Shown one piece after another: positions 41,957-51,807 of a stretch of DNA of 64,000 bases. The stretch comes from an uncultured Rivularia sp. (GTDB taxonomy: Bacteria; Cyanobacteriota; Cyanobacteriia; Cyanobacteriales; Nostocaceae). The stretch spans positions 7,328,001 through 7,392,000 of the forward strand of contig OY762007.1 of the NCBI GenBank assembly GCA_963665115.1, in the 5' to 3' direction. Position 1 is the stretch's first letter, and each line of letters begins with the position of its first letter. The position numbers were made by a program, and so were the translations under genes. A model generated the notes under the pieces. It was not told where the DNA came from, did no database searches, and worked only from the letters and a program-made list of their open reading frames with translations.

Positions 41957-42415
41957 ATGATTATTCAGAAGCAATTGTTAGAAGCGAAAAAAGGTTTATT
42001 ACCTAAAATAGCAGTTATATCTTTAACAATATTTTCATTAAATATTCCTTTTATTAGTAGGGCAGATGATTTTAATTCATCACCTCCTAGAACTAGGCAA
42101 AATTTGACTTCTATAATTAGTTGTCAAACTATTGGACTTGATTTTTTTGCACCTTGGTCACTTACTAATAATCCCAAGCCTGATAAGATTACTCGTGTTA
42201 ACAATATGTTTTTAGAGTATAGTAATCGAGCTTTGGATAGGTTTGATTATCCTATTAACCCCCCAGATTTTGCAACAGGCAGTGAAGGTCAAACGACTTT
42301 CGGCCCTAGCTTTAGAAACAGACGTAATTTTGTAGACATAATTGAAGGAACTGTAAGTACATTTGAAGTTATAAAGCAAATACCATTGAATGAGGTTGGT
42401 TGTATTATTGATTAA
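41957..42415 (+). CDS. Hypothetical secreted protein
   Basis: RBS-like aagggg; signal-like N-terminus; two Cys. Confidence 0.65.
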   Translation: MIIQKQLLEAKKGLLPKIAVISLTIFSLNIPFISRADDFNSSPPRTRQNLTSIISCQTIGLDFFAPWSLTNNPKPDKITRVNNMFLEYSNRALDRFDYPINPPDFATGSEGQTTFGPSFRNRRNFVDIIEGTVSTFEVIKQIPLNEVGCIID

Positions 42416-42481
42416 GTAATGATTGCATTTAGACTTCGGTTAATTTATCTACTCAAAAACGTTAAGTAAATAGGAGTATTT

Positions 42482-43336
42482 ATGAAAAATAGAAATATAT
42501 TACGAGCTTTAGGGATTAGTACAGTGTTTTTGGCTAGTAGTTTCTTTAATATATGCTCATTTGCTATGGCTGAAGAAAACTTATCTCCAAACAGTACTTC
42601 TAGGCAAAAGCCTCTTCAACGTAACCCGAATTATACAGAAATGAAAAAAATACGCGAGCAAGGATGGGAAAAAATATGGAATAAGCTTGAATTAAAAGAT
42701 TTTGAAGGAGTATTAGATGATGCGGAAGAAATAATTAATAAAGACCCAAATAATGCCCAAAATTATTTTAATCGAGCAGGTGTAAAGAAAAAGCTAGGAG
42801 ACATCCAAGGTTATATTGATGATGTAAATAAATCTATAGAGATGAATCCTAATGACGTTGAAGTTATCAGTAATATAGCAGTTTTCCATTTTCAAAGAAA
42901 AGACTATGAAAGTGCAGCACAAGAGTACTCAAGAATCATCAATGTAGATTCTAATAATGCCACTGCTTACCATATGAGAGGTAATTGCAAATCAGAAATG
43001 GGGCAGCATAAAGCAGCATTAAAAGATTACGCTCATGTTGTAAAAATTGAACCTAATGAACCTTTTGGTTATCTTTTACGAGGACGAACTTTCGTACAGA
43101 TAGGACAAATGCAAAAAGCCAAGCAAGAGCTTGAATCTGCCGTACAATTGAATCATGCTAATGATAATCGTAAAGCCTTTGTCTACAGGTACGTAGGAGG
43201 CATTTACGCTGATTTTCTTAAGCAGCCAGAAAAGGCGAAAGAATATTTGGAAATAGCACTCGAACTATATCAAAAATTAAACAATGAATCGGCAGTAGGA
43301 AGGTTAGTTGAAGAAATTCAAGAAACTAGGGAGTAG
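42482..43336 (+). CDS. Secreted TPR-repeat protein
   Basis: AGGAG RBS; signal peptide ..FAMA-EE; repeated PNNAQNYFNRA / AYHMRG TPRs. Confidence 0.9.
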   Translation: MKNRNILRALGISTVFLASSFFNICSFAMAEENLSPNSTSRQKPLQRNPNYTEMKKIREQGWEKIWNKLELKDFEGVLDDAEEIINKDPNNAQNYFNRAGVKKKLGDIQGYIDDVNKSIEMNPNDVEVISNIAVFHFQRKDYESAAQEYSRIINVDSNNATAYHMRGNCKSEMGQHKAALKDYAHVVKIEPNEPFGYLLRGRTFVQIGQMQKAKQELESAVQLNHANDNRKAFVYRYVGGIYADFLKQPEKAKEYLEIALELYQKLNNESAVGRLVEEIQETRE

Positions 43337-43709
43337 TAATTAATGTTGGTTTTGATTGGGCTTTAAAACTTTTAGAGTAGAATGGCACTGAAACAAGGTG
43401 GAAGTAAGTGGCTGTAAAGAATTTAAAGAATTTAGGTTTGTAGAATAAAGTAGTTAGGGATAGGGAACAACTAATTTGTGTAATCTTTAAGCGATTTAAG
43501 CGGTTTATGTTCCAAATATCCAATATTTTATCCGCAATGTCCTCAAACCACTAGAATTATCGGAGATAAATGAAAACCTTTCTACAGTTGATGTAGAGAG
43601 GCTTTTATTTTGTTTACTCTTAATCTTGAGCATTCTACTAAGATTATAAGTATTAATAGTGAATGAACTTGGAATCGCTCTCTCGGCATCAAATTTGCAT
43701 AAATGTAAT

Positions 43710-43907
43710 CTAGTTTCCTTGACGCGATTTGAAAATGGTGGCAGTGTAATAGTTGTTTTCGTTAAGGTGATAGCTACGATCATTCTTTGCTGCTGTCGAA
43801 GTAAATGATGCAGTGTAATGTAATCTTTTTTCATCTCCTAAACCAACCTTCAGATAGAGCAGAAGAAGGAGTTGCAATAGCGAAAATACTGATGAGAAGA
43901 CAACCAT
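43710..43907 (-). CDS. Possible small protein with hydrophobic N-terminus
   Basis: ATG ORF MVVFSSVFSLLQLLLLLYLKVGLG.. divergent from the sigma gene; coding status unproven. Confidence 0.35.
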   Translation of the reverse strand: MVVFSSVFSLLQLLLLLYLKVGLGDEKRLHYTASFTSTAAKNDRSYHLNENNYYTATIFKSRQGN

Positions 43908-44444
43908 GTAACTACAAATTGAGAATTAGCGATTCCGCAATATATTAATTTAGTAACTTCCACCCATGAGAAATCTCCGTAAGTTCGGTTATCCGGCTAT
44001 TTGGAGAGAACCGGATTGGCTTTTTTCGCGTCACTATAGATATATACATATCGGCTGCCGCGAAAAAACTACTTGTTCTCTTTTTTGGCAAACCGGCTCT
44101 TAATGCATTATAATGGGAAGATTTATATAATGACCCTTTACTATCGACAAAATTTGTCGTAATATTAGATTAAGTAAAACTCATACTGACTTCATATTTT
44201 AGCTGTCGCTATTGGCGATTGAGGAAAATAAATAAATTGTTGAAACCATAAAAATTTACTTCTAGGGGATTGATAAATAGGGGGAGGCAGAGGAACTGAT
44301 GGGGAAGTATCACCGTCTGAAAAGTCTCTGTATGAGTAGGGATTTAGGGAAGGCATTTCCGCCGGTTCCACCAATAGTATTTTCCATTCCCTCCCTAATT
44401 AATTAAATACTCATAGTATTTACGGAGTAGAGGAAAACGCACCA

Positions 44445-45429
44445 ATGCCCATTCAAAAAACTGTAACTGAGAAAGATAATACCAAGTTTACGGCTGATAT
44501 GGTGCGAACCTATCTGCGCGAGATTGGTAGAGTACCGTTGCTTACCCGCGAGCAAGAAATTATTTTCGGGAAGCAAGTACAAAAGATGATGAAGCTTATT
44601 GAAGCCAAAGAAGCTGCTTCTAAAAAGCTCGATCGTGAATTAAGTATAGAAGAGTGGAGTACAGAAGTTGATTTACCTGAAGCAGAACTGACAAAGACTG
44701 TTTTTGAAGGTAAACGCGCCAAGCAAAAGATGATTGAAGCGAATTTACGCTTGGTTGTGGCAATCGCCAAGAAGTACCAGAAGCGAAATATGGAGTTTCT
44801 GGATTTAATTCAGGAAGGAGCTTTAGGATTAGAGCGGGGTGTAGAAAAATTCGATCCGACTCGCGGCTATAAGTTCTCTACCTATGCTTACTGGTGGATT
44901 CGTCAAGCGATTACTCGTGCTATTGCACAGCAAGGTAGAACTATTCGCTTACCGATTCATATTACAGAGAAGCTGAACAAAATCAAAAAAGTACAGCGCG
45001 AACTTGCTCAGAAATTAGGGCGATCGCCATCTCCAACAGAAATTGCTAAGGAGTTGAGTCTGGAACCCGCACAGATTCGCGAGTACTTGAATATGGCTCG
45101 TCAACCAGTTTCTTTGGATGTGCGAGTTGGTGACAATCAGGATACCGAGTTGCAGGAAATGCTCGAAGATGACGGACCCTTCGCCAGAGTATTACACAAC
45201 TCAGGAGTTCTTACGTCAAGACTTGAACAACTTGTTAGCGGAACTTACTCCCCAACAACGGCAAGTTTTGGCTTTACGCTTCGGATTAACAGATGGAAAT
45301 GAAATGTCCTTAGCGAAAGTAGGCGAACGTTTAAGTCTCAGTCGTGAAAGAGTTCGTCAATTGGAACATCAAGCACTGGCTCATTTACGTCGCCGTCGTG
45401 CCAATGTTAAGGAATATGTTGCAAGTTAA
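44445..45429 (+). CDS. sigB: Group 2 RNA polymerase sigma factor (SigB-type); apparent +1 indel at ~45178
   Basis: DMVRTYLREIGRVPLL, ANLRLVVAIAKKY, KFSTYAYWWIRQ; region 4 LSRERVRQLE in the second frame. Confidence 0.85.
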
Positions 45430-45458
45430 TAATAGTTCGATGTAACAATATTCCAAAC

Positions 45459-45487
45459 GCGCCTCCCATAAGGGGGGCGATTTTTTT
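45459..45487 (+). terminator. Rho-independent terminator
   Basis: cgcctccc ataa ggggggcg followed by attttttt. Confidence 0.75.
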
Positions 45488-46184
45488 CGCTAATCCCGCT
45501 TCCTATTCTCTGTTCCCTAAACTCATGTAATAAATGCATTTATTTTTTTATCGATAAAAGCCATTTACAACAATTAAAATAACTTAAATTCTCGTTATTA
45601 TTAAATTCTCATAACATATTGGATTGTAATCTAACATTAAAGTTCTATGTAATTTAATAGTATTCCCGTAAAGAATATGTAGGTAAATAATTTTTTTTAA
45701 TAAAGTATCTTGTTAAAACTGTCAAAAGATTGAGATGCGCTAACCCTGATGCATAAATGATTAATCACAAATTTTATTTAACTATTAATAAAAAGTTCAT
45801 CAATGCCTAAAACTGTTGAAAGTGCTGCGGACAATAGCTTTAGGATTCTAAAACTGCAAAAGGAATGACCAGCTTTTACAAATAAAAATATGTAAATAGA
45901 AGGATGAAAAAATTAAAAACGAAGTTTCTAATTACTTGTTTTTATAATTATTTGAGACTCTTCCCTTTCATCCTTCTGATTCAACCTTTGGGATGATCTG
46001 CGAATACTTATGCAATGGTAGTATAAAGTTGACCTACCAAAATCAAACAAAACTTTTAAGAACTTACGGTTTTTTAACCGGACAATATAAATTAGAGTTT
46101 TAGTAGTACTTTTAAATTCAAACGCGTAGTTAAATTTAAGACCTAATACGGAAAGAGAAACATATATATTAGAGGAGGAGTTGA

Positions 46185-46985
46185 GTGCTTAAAAATATTA
46201 AGAAAATTGTTCCACCCCGCCGTTTTGCACTTCCCTTACTGGGATTATTTCTAGCTATTGGTGCAGTAGGGCAACGCGCTCAACCAGTTCTATCCAAACA
46301 AATTGCTCGACTTCAAGCAACATCTCCATCGCAAACTCTGGATGAAGTTGCGGCAACCACTTGGATGGAAAAAAATTCCGAGATAAATCCCGAATCAATT
46401 TCTAAAGAAGCGCGATTGCGAAAGGTGTTAAGCAGTTCGTCTGCTGAGTCCCCATCTGACAGTGCGAGTGTATCTCCTGGCGAGACTTATACTTGGATAC
46501 AGCGAAATAGTTCTTCTAATTACGAAGATGTAACGCAAGAATTAGAAACTGTATCTCCCACTCAAGCAAGATTTTCTGAAAAGAAAGCATCTATAAAAGG
46601 AACCATACCTGCAAATAATTTTCCTAACGGTAATGGCGTATTTCTTTATGGGAGTTCGCAACGAGCCGGGGAATTTGGTAAAGGATATATCGTCTTTGAA
46701 AAACAAGCTGGTAAAGTTGTTGGCGGAATGTATATGCCTTCTTCCGAGTTCAACTGCTTTCAAGGGACTCTCGATCGCTCGGGAGAAATCGCGATGACAG
46801 TTAAAGGTTACGCTGGCGATGTTAACCCAACTCAAGTAGCTTCAATTAATGGGCTACCCAGACAAGATGAAAATGAATTAGCAAACTACGCTTATTCCGT
46901 TACATTGCAAGATTATTATCAACTTGATACCGTTGGTAAAGATGACCGAAATATTTTGCAAACCTGTAAAGCTAATTTTAAATAA
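46185..46985 (+). CDS. Conserved cyanobacterial secreted hypothetical protein
   Basis: GAGGAGG RBS with GTG start; signal-like segment; GVFLYG..GYIVFEK..YMPSSEFNCFQG domain. Confidence 0.8.
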   Translation: MLKNIKKIVPPRRFALPLLGLFLAIGAVGQRAQPVLSKQIARLQATSPSQTLDEVAATTWMEKNSEINPESISKEARLRKVLSSSSAESPSDSASVSPGETYTWIQRNSSSNYEDVTQELETVSPTQARFSEKKASIKGTIPANNFPNGNGVFLYGSSQRAGEFGKGYIVFEKQAGKVVGGMYMPSSEFNCFQGTLDRSGEIAMTVKGYAGDVNPTQVASINGLPRQDENELANYAYSVTLQDYYQLDTVGKDDRNILQTCKANFK

Positions 46986-47082
46986 TTTTGGTTAGTTGAT
47001 AGTTAATAGTTGATAAACCGCGACCTGGGAATGAAAGTCCTTAAGTACCTTATAGCTATTAACCATTAACAACTAACCTTCT

Positions 47083-47748
47083 TTAATATTCAATTCCCGG
47101 CTGTGCTTTAATAGCTTGGTCGCGGAAAGGATGTTTAATTAAACTCATCTCAGTGACTAAATCGGCTCGCTCGATTAATGATTGAGGTGCGCCTCTACCT
47201 GTTAATATTACATGATTTCTTTCTGGTTTTTGTTCTAAGCCAGTTAGTACTTCTTCAACTCTTAAAAAACCAAGTTTGATAGCTATATTAATTTCATCTA
47301 ACAGTACTAACTTATACTCTGGATTGCGGATATATTCCAACCCTTTATCCCATGCTGCTTGGGCTTTTTCAATATCGCGATCGCGGTCTTGAGTTTCCCA
47401 GGTAAATCCTTCACCCATTGCATGAAAAACTAGCTGACCATTTTCCTTCCAAGCACTAAATGCTTTTTTTTCAGAAGGTTCCCAAGCACCTTTAATAAAC
47501 TGAATAATCGCCACTTTATAACCGTGTCCGAGGGAACGCAACACCATTCCTAACGATGCCGTTGTTTTTCCCTTGCCATTACCAGTATTGACAACAATTA
47601 AACCTTTTTCGAGAGAAGCGTCTGCGATTCTTTGGTCTTGCACTTCTTTACGCCGCTGCATTTTTTTACGATACTGTTCTGCCGTTAGCGATTTACTTTC
47701 CGCAACGTTTACGTCAGATGTAGTATCTGAATTCTGATTATCTTCCAT
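47083..47748 (-). CDS. cobO: Cob(I)yrinic acid a,c-diamide adenosyltransferase
   Basis: TGNGKGKTT, QFIKG, GEGFTW, LDEIN, LTGRGAP, AQPGIEY. Confidence 0.95.
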   Translation of the reverse strand: MEDNQNSDTTSDVNVAESKSLTAEQYRKKMQRRKEVQDQRIADASLEKGLIVVNTGNGKGKTTASLGMVLRSLGHGYKVAIIQFIKGAWEPSEKKAFSAWKENGQLVFHAMGEGFTWETQDRDRDIEKAQAAWDKGLEYIRNPEYKLVLLDEINIAIKLGFLRVEEVLTGLEQKPERNHVILTGRGAPQSLIERADLVTEMSLIKHPFRDQAIKAQPGIEY

Positions 47749-48052
47749 AATACCCTGTATTTCAGTTAAAAGTTCTAAAATCTTTTACAATTTCTAAAAT
47801 TTGTTTTTAGGTAAAAGAACCTATTCTTATATTTGATTTTAACTATCTTTATCAAAAAAACACTGTTAATTAAAGGTTATTAACAGCTTTTTATCGTAGG
47901 TTAAAAGTAGATAAAAAAACTATTGCCGATCTATATTGATGATTGAGAAAATGGAGTACTAATTGTGACATTAAAACGAGTCAAAAAAAATTAAAGTTTT
48001 AAAATTACTGAGATAGAAACAATCAAACTACCTTCCAAAATTAGTTTTTTTT

Positions 48053-48913
48053 ATGAAGTTAAGTGTTGTGATTCCATGCTTTAATGCTGCTGACACTATT
48101 GCGGCTCAATTAGAAGCCCTGACTAAACAGCAATGCTCGGAACCTTGGGAAATTATTATTGCTGACAACGGCTCAACAGATGAAACCCCAAATATTGTAA
48201 AGCAATATCAGCAGAATTTACCTAACCTACGTATAGTTGATGCATCAACCGTCAAAGGTTCTGCTCATGCTCGTAATGTAGGTGCAAGTGTAGCAATATC
48301 CTCAAATTTAGCATTTTGCGACGCGGATGATGAAATAACCCCAGGATGGGTAGCAGCGATGATCGAAGCACTCTCAAAACATGACTTTGTAGCTGGTAGT
48401 AGCGATTATTCAAAATTAAACGAACCGTGGATAATAAAGTGCTGTGGAGTCAGAGAAGCTAACGGAATCAAAGATTATGTCTATTTTCCTTATGCAGCAG
48501 GAAATAACCTTGGTATTAAGCGTTCGATTCACGATCGAGTTGGTGGTTTCGATGAAACGATGCTGTTACTCCAAGATATAGATTACTGCTGGAGAGTACA
48601 AAAAACTGGCATTAAATTGGAATCCGCATCAAACGCAGTGATTTATTTTCGATTTCGCAATACTGTAAAAGGTATGTACCGTCGATGTTGGAGATTAGCT
48701 TGTTACGATATTTTGCTGCATCAAAAACATCAAAAAATGGGAATGCCTAAATTAATAAAATGGCGTAATTTTTCTAAAGATGCTGTAATTCTTCCTCTAA
48801 AATTTCTAGTTAAAGTCCGCGATAAAGAAAGTTTTATCAGATGGTTATTAGATTTGGCCTGGTTGGGAGGACATTTGCAAGGTTCTATTAAGCATAAATA
48901 CTTAATTCTTTGA
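48053..48913 (+). CDS. Glycosyltransferase family 2
   Basis: SVVIPCFN, DNGSTD, FCDADD, GGFDE..QDIDY. Confidence 0.92.
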   Translation: MKLSVVIPCFNAADTIAAQLEALTKQQCSEPWEIIIADNGSTDETPNIVKQYQQNLPNLRIVDASTVKGSAHARNVGASVAISSNLAFCDADDEITPGWVAAMIEALSKHDFVAGSSDYSKLNEPWIIKCCGVREANGIKDYVYFPYAAGNNLGIKRSIHDRVGGFDETMLLLQDIDYCWRVQKTGIKLESASNAVIYFRFRNTVKGMYRRCWRLACYDILLHQKHQKMGMPKLIKWRNFSKDAVILPLKFLVKVRDKESFIRWLLDLAWLGGHLQGSIKHKYLIL

Positions 48914-49169
48914 GTTATTTAGTAATTATAGAAACGAGAGCAATTGCATCGTAGACGTGAACATTTGATAATTTTGGCAAGCTATAGATACCTTTTTAAT
49001 TGATTGGCATACCGGTAGTTATGAGTATAAATATTAACTTTGCTGTTGATAGCGAAATTTACAGGTGGGGAACCACCACCCGATATTTCCTCATAACTTT
49101 AAATTACGAACTAAAAATTATTCCCTCCCCATAAGTTGACCCTTATGTTATACTTACCGAGGAGAATAG

Positions 49170-49257
49170 AATTCGGTAGACAGCGTTTGTTTTTAGTATT
49201 CACAGACTTATCTCCGAAATGTAAATCTCTACACACTAATGATTTCGGAGACGATCC
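49170..49257 (+). promoter_or_regulatory. rbp 5' leader with stem covering the RBS
   Basis: tctccgaaat (49211-49220) pairs with atttcggaga (49242-49251) just upstream of the ATG; TTCGGAGA box known from cyanobacterial rbp leaders. Confidence 0.7.
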
Positions 49258-49560
49258 ATGTCGATTTACGTAGGTAACCTTTCTTACGACGTTACAGAGG
49301 AAAATTTGAATGCCGTTTTTGCAGAATATGGCACTGTAAGACGAGTTCAAATTCCCACAGACCGCGAAACAGGTAGAGTGCGCGGTTTTGGCTTTGTAGA
49401 AATGAATTCAGAAGATGAAGAAGCAGCGGCTATCGAAGCTCTCGATGGTGCTGAATGGATGGGACGCGACCTTAAAGTTAATAAGGCAAGACCCAGAGAG
49501 CAAAGAAATTCCTTCGGAGGAGGAGGCAACCGTAGGAATAATTTTAACAACCGCTACTAA
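49258..49560 (+). CDS. rbp: RRM RNA-binding protein (Rbp family)
   Basis: IYVGNLSY (RNP2), RGFGFVEM (RNP1), short Gly/Asn-rich tail. Confidence 0.95.
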   Translation: MSIYVGNLSYDVTEENLNAVFAEYGTVRRVQIPTDRETGRVRGFGFVEMNSEDEEAAAIEALDGAEWMGRDLKVNKARPREQRNSFGGGGNRRNNFNNRY

Positions 49561-49704
49561 GGTTTATCTATATTAGCTTTAACAGCTAATTACCTTATCT
49601 AGTTCATAAAATTGATTTACTTGTCACTCAGGCGAGATTGCTTGGGTTTTTTGATGGAGAAAGATATTACCTCTAATTATCTGCTCTATCTTAATTAAGA
49701 ATTT

Positions 49705-49737
49705 AAAAACCCGGTTTTTCCTAAAAACCGGGTTTTT
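49705..49737. terminator. Hairpin between convergent genes (REP-like or bidirectional terminator)
   Basis: aaaaacccggttttt ccta aaaaccgggttttt. Confidence 0.55.
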
Positions 49738-49840
49738 ATATTGGTTTTAGCGGATAAAACATAAAGGATCGGGATGGTTTACTTCGCCGCTGTTTGGAAC
49801 ACTATAGCGGTTTGGACGGAAAACCGCGATATATTTTCCG

Positions 49841-50548
49841 TTATTGCTGGGTGAGTACTAAATTTGCAGTTGTAATCTTTGTCTGAGCCAAAGTTGCTTC
49901 CAATAAAGGTTTGCCAAATTGCTTCACTTCTTCGACCAAAACTTCTCCAGCATTTTCCGGGCAACCTGCATCAAAGGGTGGTGCGGGGTTATATTCCAAT
50001 AAAAGCTGAATTTTTTTTGCAGTTTCCTCTCCACAAAGTTGACTAACAACCACTAGCCCAAAGTCAATACCAGCAGTTACACCACCACCTGTAATTCTGT
50101 TTCCATCAACCACAACTCTTTGGGTTCCAACTTCTACTCCCAACATTGCCAAATATTCGCGAAATAACCAATGACAACCAGCGCGATAACCTGGTAGTAA
50201 ACCGGCAGCAGCGAGAATTAAAGAACCAGTACATACAGAAGTGATATATTTGACTGTTTCAGATTGTTGTTTTAAAAATTCTAGAACTTCCGAATCTGCC
50301 ATTGTTTCTACGGTACCCATCCCACCACCAGGAACACAAATAACATCCAATTGCGGACATTCATCGAAGGTAGTTGTCGGTAAAATTGTTAATCCCTCAC
50401 CACTGGTTACGGGTTCTAAATTCTTCCACAACATATGTACCCGAGCTTCAGGAATAAAAGAAAATACTTGATGCGGTGCAGTTATATCAAGCTGAGTCAT
50501 TCCTGGGTAAATAACTAAGCCGATGTGATATTTAGGTTGATTTGTCAT
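49841..50548 (-). CDS. DJ-1/PfpI family protein (isonitrile hydratase-like)
   Basis: TQLDITAP, VPGG, SVCTGSL, TGGGVTAGIDF, EYNPAPPFDAG. Confidence 0.9.
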   Translation of the reverse strand: MTNQPKYHIGLVIYPGMTQLDITAPHQVFSFIPEARVHMLWKNLEPVTSGEGLTILPTTTFDECPQLDVICVPGGGMGTVETMADSEVLEFLKQQSETVKYITSVCTGSLILAAAGLLPGYRAGCHWLFREYLAMLGVEVGTQRVVVDGNRITGGGVTAGIDFGLVVVSQLCGEETAKKIQLLLEYNPAPPFDAGCPENAGEVLVEEVKQFGKPLLEATLAQTKITTANLVLTQQ

Positions 50549-50650
50549 ATTGATTTTGGATTTTGAAAGGCTTCTTATTTACTATGCTAAAAATGACATC
50601 AAAATTTGCATAGTCCCCCTCAACTGGGTACACTTTTAATTTTTAGTTAA

Positions 50651-51376
50651 ATGACGAATTCTCTATACAATTTATTTCACGTCATAGCTACGGCAGAAAA
50701 CGAACATCAATTGCGAATGCGCTTCATGGATAATATTGGCGAGCATTTTGGCGTTCAGCGTTGGGGAATTTATATGTTTAACGAAAATTCTTCCTACGAC
50801 GCAGTTGAAGTTTATGGTATGCCAAATGTCGATAATTTTGTAGAACTTTATGCAGAAGTTGGTCGTAATATTGACCCGGTGCTACGTTATGTCACCGAAC
50901 GTCATGCACCTGCCCATGAAGAAATGGTTTTACCTGCGGGGGGTTGGAAGCAATGCGAACTTTATCAAAATTGTTGTGCTTATTACGACCACGAACATAT
51001 CATGACAGGACCGATTGTAGGTAGAGGAAAACTCATCGGCGCGATTCATTTTGCTCGAATTGGCGAAACACCTGCATTTAACTATCAAGATATTGCTGAT
51101 TTGAGCAGCGTTTGCATTCATCTCTCAGCCAGTATCGCAGCTCTAAAAACTCAACGAAATATATTTACTTCAGCCTCTTCCAATCTTTTAACACCCCGCG
51201 AAATTCAAATAGCCCAATTAGTTGCACGAGGATTGACTAACAAAGAAATTGGTACAGAACTTTGGATTACCCAAAACTCAGTAAAACAAGCTTTGAAAAG
51301 GATGTTTCGTAAACTGCAAGTTTTTTCACGTACTGAAATGGTATCAAAATTGCAAGATATCCTGAATTCGCCTTAA
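50651..51376 (+). CDS. LuxR-family regulator with GAF-like sensor domain
   Basis: LTPREIQIAQLVARGLTNKEIGTELWIT..VKQALKRMFRKL. Confidence 0.9.
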   Translation: MTNSLYNLFHVIATAENEHQLRMRFMDNIGEHFGVQRWGIYMFNENSSYDAVEVYGMPNVDNFVELYAEVGRNIDPVLRYVTERHAPAHEEMVLPAGGWKQCELYQNCCAYYDHEHIMTGPIVGRGKLIGAIHFARIGETPAFNYQDIADLSSVCIHLSASIAALKTQRNIFTSASSNLLTPREIQIAQLVARGLTNKEIGTELWITQNSVKQALKRMFRKLQVFSRTEMVSKLQDILNSP

Positions 51377-51557
51377 TGAAGTTGTAGGCAGTAAGTGATA
51401 CTTATAAAAAAAATATGTTTGATTAGAAGATTGTATCCTAATTTACTTGTTCTCAACTTTAGTGTTTGTAAAAATCGTCAAAATTAGGATAATTATTTCT
51501 GCTCTTAATCGGGTATTATGGTTTCTCCGCGTAATCCAAATTAACTAATTTTTTATT

Positions 51558-51779
51558 ATGCCTACTGAATTAATTGTTTTAATTGCTGCAATCATTGTCG
51601 CTTGGTTAGTTTTCCAGGCTTTATTAAAGGTACTCAAAACTACTTTTAGTACGGCGATCGCTGTTTTTATAATTGTGATTTTTCTGGGTATTTTCGGTGT
51701 CGGTTCTGAAGACTTGATTCAAGAAATAACCAATCTACCTGAAACTTTGATGCGCCTATTCACGAATACACAATCGTAA
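51558..51779 (+). CDS. Small two-TM membrane protein
   Basis: 73 aa, two hydrophobic helices. Confidence 0.75.
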   Translation: MPTELIVLIAAIIVAWLVFQALLKVLKTTFSTAIAVFIIVIFLGIFGVGSEDLIQEITNLPETLMRLFTNTQS

Positions 51780-51807
51780 ATAGGCATTTAGTCTGTTGCA
51801 ACGCCGT

